A DNA stretch of 64,000 nucleotides from Eledone cirrhosa (taxonomy: Eukaryota): the NCBI GenBank assembly GCA_964016885.1, contig OZ024752.1:38750001-38814000 (forward strand), in the 5' to 3' direction. The notes below the pieces were generated by a model. It saw nothing but the letters and a program-made list of their open reading frames with translations, was not told where the DNA came from and did not search any database. The translations under genes and the position numbers were made by a program. Of the stretch, positions 48,964 to 61,019 are shown piece after piece; positions within the stretch are counted from its first letter, which is position 1; every line of letters begins with the position of its first letter.

Positions 48964-51900
48964 TGTCGTTGGAACAATGGCCCTATTTATGAAATATAAA
49001 GTGGTTGTTTTTTTGTTGTGAGTCAGTTAGATATAGGTAGAGTGAAGCTGATATGATATGGAAATGTTTCTGATCTTAAAGCAAAATATGACACTTGCTA
49101 GACTTTGACTGAAAATGTTAAACCTTTAACCTCTGAGATAAACACAGTTAATTTATAATGTTATTTTTAACAATAACTGACATAAAAAAAAAAGATGATA
49201 GAAACCTAATATTGTTGTAATTGTAAACTAGTTTAGCTTCATAAATATGATGTTGGTATTGTATTAGCTTCATAAATATGATGTTGGTATTGTATTAGCT
49301 TCATAAATATGATGTTGGTATTGTATTAAAAAGGTTGTCATTCAGTGAGTACAAAGTAGATAAAATAAACAATTTCTTGATTGATCTCTAAAACAGAAGT
49401 TCTCAAATTTTTTGGGCCACCCTCTCCCCTCTCACGGCCACATAATACCCTCAGCCATTACCCCGAATTACTGGTACTTTATTTTATCGGCCCTGTAAGG
49501 ATGAAAGGCAATGTCAACCTTGATGGATTTGAACTCAGACTGTAAAGGGGCATAACTCTATGCTGCAAAGCATGGTGTCTGACCCTCTACCGATACTACC
49601 AATTTGATAGTTAATATACTATTATATCATCTCTGTTGCCCCCACAGCCCCATTAGGCTGCAGCACCCCCCTGGACCTTCTCAACGCCCCTTGGGGGGGC
49701 GGTAGCGCCCACTTTGAGAACCTTTGCTCTAAACCAGTGATTCTCAACGTGGTCCAGGTGGACCACCGGTGGTCCACATAGCATTTCTAGTGGTCCACAG
49801 AGAATTCGTAGCCATAAAAAAATTGTAGCCATTTCACAAAAATGTAACTAATATAATATTTTGTTTAATTACACACATGTCCATTATATTTGAAAATTTC
49901 GAGTTCACAGCTCTGATACTATGGGCATGAGGTTAGAATGTCTCTAGCAGTTCTATTACAAAAGATTTAAAAGTTTAGGTGGCCCACAGGAAAAAATTAC
50001 TTATTTTGGTGGTCCACAGCGAAAAAAAGGTTGAGAACCCCTGCTCTAAACCATAGCATTATATATGTATTCTATTGATGAGAACATGATCAGTATGTTT
50101 ACAGAAATGATTGAGGATATTTTTGTTAAATTTATATCTCAGTTTGTTGTTGATTGCTCCAGCCCAAATCCCTTGATTAAAATATGATGTTAATACTTTT
50201 CTGTTAGCTTTTAACAGTATTACTAAATTAGATTGGCTTTAATTGACTATCAACGCTACTCTTGTGGGACCTATTTGTTCAGGTTAGCAGTTTAACCCTT
50301 TAACATTTAAACTGGCCGTATCTGGCCAGAATTCTCTCACCTCTTTCTATACAAACCCTCTGTAACTGGTTGCTCATACTTAAGGTATTGATCTCAAAAT
50401 AAATAATATCAAAATCTCATAGATTCGATATTATGTTAGATAATTATGTGAAAATACAATAGTAAATATAGAATAATGTAAATGTTAAAAGGTTAACCTT
50501 TTTTTTTCATATCAAACCACTCCTGTTTGTTTTAAAGTGTTTACATTTATCTAAAACCTCTCATCACATCATCATTTTATATAAGATCCTTTCTTAATGT
50601 TCCAAACACCAGCATAATTATTTTGATACAAAACCGCTTGGAACTTCCCCTGTTTCTATGATACAAAGCTGTTAGCTTAAGTTAACAACTTCAATGAAGG
50701 TGTTTTGACTATGAAGGATAAAATAGATGGACAGATTTTATGGGCGAAACCAACAGATAGGAGACTCAGGGGTAGAACCCGAGCAAGATGATTGGATAAC
50801 ATACATGAGCTTAGATGGTCACGCTTGTGGATCCAGTTGAATCAGTTGAAGACGATTGCTTCTGACAGGACCTGCTGGAGGGAGTGTTTGAGGGCTCTGC
50901 CCCCACGACGCTCTCAGGAATAAATGGGCGAAGAAAAGAAGAAATGATAAATCCAATATGATTTTAGATGGGTTTGTATTACAAGGGTTAAATTAGGAGA
51001 CCTTTAAAATGGATGTTTTGTTTGTATGTTGTTGTTGTTGTTTTTTTACATAGAACTAGAGCCAGTTTTGGCCAGGTTGGTATCAAAGGGGAAGTTTTCT
51101 CTCTGGAACTTTCTCTCTGCAGGCTAAATTCAACTAAAACACTGCAAGTCAATAAAACACTCCTTCATTTTTAAAGTGTCATTGCTGTAAAAGTTGAATG
51201 TCTTTATTGCCTACACAATACAGCAATTTTTTAGTAGTAGGATACAAAGTCTTAAATATTTTTACTAGTTTTCTAGTATCCTATTAGTAGCTTCTGTGAA
51301 GCTCCTTCAATGCTGTAGTTAACATTTGTAATAAACTCTTCACTGTCTTAACCTTTTCGTTATATTTCTAATGAAAGACACTGTCCATGTTTCAAATAAT
51401 TTTGAAAATAGCCAAGAATTTAGATGGATTTAGGAAGATACCTAATTTTCTCATTATTAAACTCATTTTTGGAACATAACTTAACAAAGGCTCTTACATA
51501 AAATCAATGCGATACTCCAGCATGGCCAAAGTCCAATGAGTGAAACTAGTAAAAGAATAAAAGAACATAAACAGAATATGTGCATCTCCCAAAATGTGAA
51601 GCCATTGCTGCTTACCTCACTTGGGATTAACTAGGTGCCATTTAATACCAGTCCCTAACAATTCTATCATCTCTCCTCTCTCTCTCCCCTTCCTCATCTC
51701 TCTCCCCATCACTGTCATCCCCTCTCTCACCTACCTCTCCTTCCCCCTTTTTCTCTCTGTCTCTCCCATCCCCTTCCTCCTCTCTTCCTGCCCTTCACTA
51801 TCTCCCCCTTTTCTCTTTGTCTTCCCACACACCCTCCTCTCCCTGACATTTATGACACCCCCCCACCCCCCCACTGATGAGAACAAAATGTTTTCTGCTA

Positions 51901-54900
51901 ACATTCTTTTTTTTATTATTCATTTTTATTATTATCATTATTATTTTTTTAGTATTTGACAGCTGGAGTTGACATAAGTAATTCTATCATTTGCTGAATA
52001 GTGAAATAATTTTCTGTGTCATAAACTAGTCTCATTAAAATACTGCCACCCCCAACTCTAATATTTAATACAATTAAAAAAATTAAAAGAATTTGTAATA
52101 AAATAGTTTATAAACATAGTGCCCCAGCATGGCCTCAGTCTGCCCGGCTGAATCACGGAATAGTATAATCTTCTCTATTTCAGTCCACCAGGGATGTGGA
52201 GTGGCACCTGAAACCCCATTTGCTCATAATAGTGAGAGATGGGGGGGCGGGGGCAGTGGGAGTTTGGTTCCTCTGTGTTTGGACCTGGTGCACGTGTGTT
52301 GTCTGTAATCTTAGGATTGTGAACAAAAGGTGTCTTTCAACATTTGTTGAAGAAGCTTGAAAAGGTTACAAGTTGAAACTGGTTGAATAAACTAATATAC
52401 TACAAATATGTATAGTTCCTAAGACCCTTTTCAAATTTGAAACAAAACTTTGTTTCATATGACCAAAGTTGGTTTCATAACAAAAGAGTTAGCCTTTTAG
52501 CATTTAACCCTTTAATATATAATGAAATTATTGTGTACAGTGCTCAGGTGCACTACAACTCATCAAAGGTGCATGTATAGTACATAGAATAATGTACAAA
52601 TGTCAGGAAAATGAACAGTGTATGAGTCATGATATAATAATAATAATAATAATAATGAAATATTGTGTACAGTGCCCAGGTGCACCACAACTCATCAAAA
52701 AGTGCATGTACAGTACATAGGGCAATGCAAAAACATCAGGAAAATGAACAGTGCACGAGTCATGATACACACAAGTGTGCATGTGTATGGAAGGGGTACG
52801 TTCAAACCGACCAGAATTCTCTACCTCTTTCTGTTGAAAATGGCTGTAACTGGTCACTCAAACTGATGTTAAGGTATTATGTGAGGTAAAGCCTTTACCA
52901 TGAAAATATAATAGTAAATATAGAGTAATGTGAATGCTAAAGGGTTAAACCGGCTGTTTCCAGCCAGAATTCTTTCACCTCCTCCTGCTCAATCCAGCTG
53001 TAACTGGCCACTCATACTGATGTTAAGGTATTGTTCTCAAAATAAATAATATCAAAATCTCATAGATTCTGTGAAAACACAATAGTAAATATAGAGTAAT
53101 GTAAATTCTAAAGGGTTACAGGGTTAATATATTTTTTGTAAACCCTTTGAGTTCAATAAAGAAAATATTATGATTATTATTATAATTGTTTGCTTTTATT
53201 TCTAGATCCTGATGTAGTTGTTACCAATTTAACAGCTGTCAAGGATGAAAGTGCAGGAAGGAAAACTGGTGAGGTTTTACATTTTAATTCTCTTTTAACT
53301 CTTTAGCATTTAAACCAAACTTATCCGGCCAGAATTCTTTCACCTCTTTCTGTTCAAACCGGCTGTGACTGGCTGCTCATTCAGATGTTAAGGTATTGTT
53401 CTCAACATAAATAACATCAAAATCTCATAGATTCGATATTATATGAGATAATTATGTTAGATAAAACCTTTACCATGAAAATATAATAGTATATATAGAG
53501 TAATGTAAATGCTAAAGGGTTAATGTACAAATTCATAAAACTAGGTTTTAATGTACAGCTTCATAAAACTAGATTTTAATGTACAACTTAATAAAACTAG
53601 GTTTTAATGTACAACTTCATAAAACACTAGGTTTTAATGTGCAACTTCATAAAATTACGTTTTAATGTACAACTTCATAAAACTGTAGGTTGGTTTGTTT
53701 GTTAGTTGTTGGGGGGGGGGGGTTGTTGTTTTTTTTACATAATCTGTTCACAGCTCAAACAGTCTGTCATATTTTATTATTTTTTTATCATTTTTACAAG
53801 GTGTTATAGGAGTTGAGTGATGAAATTGTTCACCTACTGAACTTAAAGCTACTGTTCGCACTTCAAACCATGGCTACTAGCAGTTTGAATAAGATACATT
53901 GCCATTACTCTCATGTCTCAAATAATCACCCACCCCATACTGCTTATTAATTTTTGAGATTTTTTTTCCAATCCCCACCTCACCCCCTCACCCACCCCAT
54001 TGCTTTATTAAATTTTGCTAATCTATCTCCAGCAGAATTTTATTTTAAGTGGTAGTGTTCTTACTGCAATCAATTTTTTTTTATACATTAAAAATCATTA
54101 TACATGACAAAAAAAAGAATATTACAAAAAATCCCATACATTATAAAATAAATAGCATGGGTTGGGATCTCAATATATAAACTAAATGACTAATTCTGCT
54201 TGTTTTTGTTTTTTTAAATCAAGGGAGACAACCTAGAAAAATTATCGACTCCCCACCTCCTCCCCTATTATTTGGGACCCAAGAGTACTCAACTTGTATC
54301 AATCAGAAAAAAAAATTTAAATAGAATGGATTTTTTTTCTTTTTAATATAAACCAATAACTTTTTGCTTATATTAAAATAAGATTTTTTTAAATTCTTTT
54401 TTATTTTAGTCACTATCTTAAAATACCCTATGAATAAAAAGGATAAAGACTCCCTTCGGTCAAGAATGACCATACGATTTGCAACTAGAAAGTTTCTCTT
54501 CCGAGACAGAAGTCCAGGCAAAGTGTTTATGTGGAAGTCTAGCAGTTACCCATGTATACCAGTCTCCCCTCTCCACACCACTGATATTGTCCAAGGGAAA
54601 GGCAATGGCCAATACAGCTTGGCACCAGTGACGTCGCAACTCATTTCTACAGCTGAGTAAACTGGAGCAATGTGAAAATAAAGTGTCTGGCTCAACAACA
54701 CAATGCATCGCCTGGTCCAGGAATCGAACTCACAACCTCATGATTGTGGACCCTATGCTCTAACCACTAAGCCACACGCATTCACGCCATATGAGTACAG
54801 ACATGTTCTTTAATCTTCAGCATGCTGTCAGCGACAATAGAGTAATCTCCTTTTTATACATAAAACAGTATCAAGGGGGGCAATTCATAAAAAATTTCAG

Positions 54901-57900
54901 CGTGCTGAAGGTTAAACAATAGGTCCAAAGTTTAGAGCTGTATTTAGCCAATCTCTGCAATATGAAACAGAAATTGATATATAATAGATACAAAACTTCA
55001 TTCAGATGTCAAGACTATGAAATAATTATTTGTGAGGCAACTGATGAAATAGTTGCCTTAACCCTTTAGCATTAACATTACTCTATATATACTATTAGAT
55101 TTTCACGGTAAAGGCTTTATGTTACATTATATCGAATCTATGACATTTTGATATTATTTATTTAGAGAACAATACCTTAACATAAGTACAAGCAGCTGGT
55201 TACAGTCTGTTTGAATAGAAAGAGGTGAGGGAATTCTGGCCAGATAAATATGGTAGATCACTATTAATCTTAATAGATTTTTGTCTTTCTCCCCATAACA
55301 GTAAATAAACTAGATGTTGTTGTTATTAGGGACCTTCAAGGTCAAAGCTGGTATGGCACAAATGGCTAAAGGAGGAATCATTATGGATGTTACCAATGCA
55401 GGTGAAGCACGTATTGCTGAAGAAGCTGGAGTGAGTCTTTTTTTTTTCTTAATAATTGTTTCTACTTTTGGCACAAGGCCAGCAAATACCCAGTGCATTA
55501 CTGGTACTTTATTTTATCGACCCCGTAAAGTTAACCTCGGCGGAGTTTGAACTCAGAATGGCAAGGGCCGTAACTCAATGCGTCAAAGCCTGGCGTCCGA
55601 CCCTCTCCCGGTACTGCCACAATCCACCGCCCTTTTTCTTAATAATAACAGTTTCTGATTAAGGCAAAAGGCCAACAATTTTGTGGGGAGGGGAAAATCG
55701 ATTAAATTGACCCCAATGCATTACTGGTACTTTATTTTATCGACCTCTGTAATGATGAAAGGCTAAGATAACCTTGAGGGGATTTGAAGTCAGAACATAA
55801 AGGGATCGGGGTTGGATTTGTCAGGGAGTGGAGAGGGGGGGTGTTAAATGTTGATACACTGGAGTTAATTTAATATCTTATTCCAACCAATATAATTCAT
55901 GGGAGAAGAAAATCAGATTCCTGCAATGTAGGTAGAGCAGGTGTTAGATTAGTGACTTAGCTTGCTGAAAGGTAACCACAAATCTGGGATAAGAAATTCA
56001 TGCCATTTCTAACTAAACCCTAGAATTTCGACAGGGTCAGTTAGTTTATTTTTTATATCATAAATTTTTTTTTATTACACAGGCTTGTGCTGTAATGGCT
56101 CTTGAAAGAGTGCCAGCTGATATTCGCCTCCAAGGAGGTGTAGCCAGGATGACTGATCCTTTAGTAAGTAGCCTAATATCTTTAATTTGCTTAACATTGT
56201 ACTCTGTTACGTGTTCCAGCTGACTGGCTGTGGCCATGCTGAGGCACCACCATCATAATTGAATATTTTTCTTCTTTCTTTTGCTTTCTGGGGTTCTTCA
56301 AAATATTAACTAAGTCCTACTTTTAGTAATAAATAATTGTTTCTACTTTAGGCACAAGGCCAGCAATTACCCAGTGCATTACTGGTACTTTATTTTATCG
56401 ACCCCGTAAGGATGAAAGGCAAAGTCAACCTCGGCGGGATTTGAACTCAGATCGTAAAGGGACGTAACTATGCTGGAAAGCATGGCGTCCGACCCTCTAC
56501 CGATACTGCCAATCCACTTTTAGTAATAAATAATGTGTTGATTTATGATGGCAGATCTGTCAACTCTCCCCATCCGACAAGGAGATCTCCCACTTGCTTT
56601 GGGGTGGATGAGGGATGTCTTCTCTTGTGAAAATGAGTATAGCTTTCGTTATGTAAAATCTCCCCATTTTGGGGCATTTTTTTCATGTTATTCCCTGTTT
56701 GGGTTTTTAGAGGTTGGTAGGTAGATCTGTGATGGAGAGAGTGAATGTTTCCATGCACATGTAAAGTGGCCATTTAAAAAGATTCTTACATTTGTAAGAA
56801 TCTTTGTTTCTTTTTCGTAGAATTTAATTTTAAAATATTAATAGTTATCGCCACATAACTGATTTCAGAAACATTAGAAAGCCGATACAAATTAATGTTA
56901 CTGAGTTTTTTTTACTGAAATGAAATATTTTTTCCTTTGAAGAAAATTAAAGAAATCATGAATGCTGTTACAATACCAGTCATGGCTAAAACCCGTATCG
57001 GTCATTTTGCTGAAGCTCAGATCTTGGAAGCTTTGGGAGTGGACATGATCGATGAATCTGAAGGTAAATAAATCTCATTTTTTTCCATTTCTTAAGAGGG
57101 TTCTAAACCCCACTATCAAGCTAAAATTTCTTTACTCAAAAATATGGCAAATGCTTCTATTTTCTATTTCAAACTCGCTCGCTGTTTCAAAACAAACTTA
57201 TTTGTAAATATACAAGTGTTTAATTATAGGTTTTAGTCCTTATTCAGTGGAACCTCTATTCACGAATGCCTCTCATCATGAATAAATCGGTTCATAAACA
57301 ATTTTTCCGAACATAAAAATTCTCAGGTGACGAATAGTGTCTCGAGTAATGAACACGCAAGCCGGCAACAAGGGTTGGCAACAAGCTGGGAATATTGGCA
57401 GGAAAGTGTCACTTTCTGTGTAGTTAGGTACTATAGTGATATCTATGTCTTTCACACACACACACAGAGTCTCTCTCTCGCTGAATTTCCTTTGGGAAAA
57501 ATAGTCTCGATTTACAAACATTTTGGGTGACAAACAGCCTTCAGGAACAAATTAAGTTCCTGAACCAAGCTCCCATTGTATTTGATAACTTGTTTTTCTG
57601 TTTCTCTGATTAGAACCAGAATATTCTCAAACAAAGGGTTTTATTTCAACATGATTTATGTTGATCCAGGCCGAAACAAATGAGATCGTGTAGGTGTCAC
57701 GACAAAAAAACACACAGTCCACGCTGTAATGTGGCCGTGTAGGCAACACGGTAAAAACCTCCCAGCCCCACACTGTAAATGTGGTTGGTGTTAGGAAGGG
57801 CATCCAGCTGTAGAAAACCCGCCAGACAGTCCTATGCGAGCAAGACAATCACTCTTGCCTCAAGTAGGAAAACCCCCGTCCAAACCCATGCAAGCGTGGA

Positions 57901-58426
57901 ACACGGACGTTAAACGTTGATGATGATGATGATTCAAATATTAGCCAACCTCCTCTATTTTATATCTAAGAAATAGGTAAATATCCAAATGCCATTTATA
58001 AGCCAAGGCAGCTAATCAATACATTGTTTAGATGGCATATATAAGTTGAACACTCCATTTTACTATTGATTTTTTAGCCTATATTCAAGTATAAAATAAA
58101 GTACCAGTAATACACTGGGGGCGATTTAATCGACTCTTCCCTCCCCCAAAAATTGCTGGCCTTTTGTCTATAGTACAAACCATTGTGGATTGGCAATTTC
58201 TGTAGAGAGTCGGACGCCATGCTTTGCACGCATCGATTTATGGCCCTTTATGTTCTGAGTTCAAATCCCGCTAAGGTTAGTTTTGCCTTTCGTCCTTATG
58301 GGGGTCAATAAAATAAAGTACCAGTAATGCACTGGGATAATTGCTGCGATTCTGTCACAACACGTAAAGAGAGAGGAGTAGTTTGACTACCTCATACTAC
58401 TCCTCTCTCTTTACATCAGCTGCCTG

Positions 58427-58474
<48 letters not shown>

Positions 58475-60984
58475 GAAGGAAGGGAATGGTTAAAAAAACT
58501 GCTCTGTGTGTTTATGTAGATGTGTTCTAGTGCTCAACAAGAACATCAGTAACAACTTCTTTTGAATTATTCCATTCTAGTTCTCACTGCTGCTGACATT
58601 GACAACCATATTGACAAACACAAGTTTAAAGTTCCTGTTGTTTGTGGAGCACGTGACCTTGGGGAAGCTCTGCGTAGGATTTCTGAAGGTGCTGCCATGA
58701 TAAGGACGAAAGGAGAAGCTGGAACAGGTATAGTAGCTTTTAATATATTCAGTTTTGTTTGTAATATATATATGGATGGAAACCATATATATATATATAG
58801 TCGATGGAAACCGCGGAGTGGGGAGACCCAAGATGACCTGGGATGAGGTGATAAAAGCCGACCTTACCCAATTACACCTCTCAAAGGCGATGATACACGA
58901 CCGTGACCTCTGGCGTCACGCAGTAATACAGAGTACCCGACCTCCCATGGGTACAAGCTGAAGCATATAGACAATATGCCCCCCACACCCCCCACTGTAA
59001 GGTGGTCGTGGAGGTCACGGCAAAAAAGCACCCAGCCCACACTGTAAAGTGGACATGTAGGCGCCACGAAAAAGCACCCAGCACTCCCTGTAAATGAGGT
59101 TGGTGTTAGGAAGGGCATCCAGCTGTAGAAATCAAGCCAAATCAGTTCCTGTATGAGCAAGGCATGGTCAGCTGACCAGACACTGCCCACAACAGGACCA
59201 CCCATCTAACCCATGCTAGCGTGGAAGAACGGACGTAAAACGGTGATGATGATGATGATGATGATGATATATCTGTAATAGTACAAAACCAAATAGAAGT
59301 TTATCTTTTATTTCAAGAAATGAGAGGGGTGGGGATTATGAGTCAGTGGAGTGTCAGACAAATATTTCAAATTCCACCGTGATCTTTGTTATCTTTCATC
59401 CTTAAAATAAAATAAAGTACCAGTTATATACTGTGGAGCGGTATAATTGACTTTCCCCTTCCCCAAAATTGCTGGCCTTGTGCCAACATTAGAAAGAAAT
59501 ACTATATACATATATATACTTGAATATGATTGCAAATACAAATGGCCAAAATGGGGTTCCTCCTGGAAGGAGGGTTTGAGGACCCTGACCCCACGACCTC
59601 TCAGGAATAACTGGGAGGACAAGAACTCACCATCCAAGAGAAGCATTTTTTATCATGTTTATTTTTAAATGTTTTCCTTCGTTTTTTTTTTTTTTTCTTT
59701 CTTTGCAGGTGATGTCTCCCAAGCTGTACGACATGCTCGTACTATCAATCGTGAAATTAGAATTGCTCAAGCTATGGATTCAACAGAACTCTATGAGTAT
59801 GCTAAAAAACTACAAGTTCCAATAGAACTTTTGCGGAAAACTGCTGAGATGGGTCGACTTCCAGTAGTAAATTTTGCTGCTGGTGGTATTGGTAAGCCTA
59901 GCATTTGCTTTACATAAACCCCTGTGCTATATTATTCCTCGTTAGGATCAGCTCCAATTATGTATAGTTCTATTATAGAAACATAGACATCATCATTGGC
60001 AGTATCGGTAGAGGGTCGGACGCCATGCTTTGACGCATAGAGTTACGGGCCTTGCCATTCTGAGTTCAAATCCCGCCGAGGTTAACTTTACTTTTCATCC
60101 TTACGGGGTCGATAAAATAAAGTACCAGTAATGCACTGGGTAATTGCTGGCCTTGTGCCTAACGTAGAAACAATTATTTAATTTACTTTTCATCCTTACG
60201 GGGTCGATAAAATAAAGTACCAGTAATGCACTGGGTAATTGCTGGCCTTGTGCCTAACGTAGAAACAATTATTTAATTTACTTTTCATCCTTACGGGGTC
60301 GATAAAATAAAGTACCAGTAATGCACTGGGTAATTGCTGGCCTTGTGCCTAACGTAGAAACAATTATTTAATTTACTTTTCATCCTTACGGGGTCGATAA
60401 AATAAAGTACCAGTAATGCACTGGGTAATTGCTGGCCTTGTGCCTAACGTAGAAACAATTATTTAATTTACTTTTCATCCTTACGGGGTCGATAAAATAA
60501 AGTACCAGTAATGTATTGAGTAAATGCTGGCCTTGTGCCTAAAGTAGAAACAATTATTTAATTTACCATAGCAATGGATTGACAGTATCAGTAGAGGGTC
60601 GGACGCCATGCTTTGCAGTATGGAATTACAGTCCTTTATGGTCTGAGTTCAAATCCCGCCAAGGTTAACTCTGCCTTTCATCCTTACGGGGTCGTTAAAA
60701 TAAAGTACCAGTAATGCACTGAGGTAACGGCTGGCTTTGTGCCAAAAATAGAAACAATTATTTAATTTCCATTTTCCATGCTTGCACGGGTTAGGTGGGC
60801 TCTCACGTTATAAGACAAGGTGGGACCGGAGACAATGTCTTGTGTACACGGAGAATTCAGACTACTACTACTACTTCTACTAAATTCATCCACTTCTTTG
60901 TGGTGACATGATAAAACCTTTCCATCTCACACAATCTAACATTAACAGCCTCAGTTCTTCATCGGGCAATTCTGTATCTTCCTC

Positions 60985-61019
<35 letters not shown>

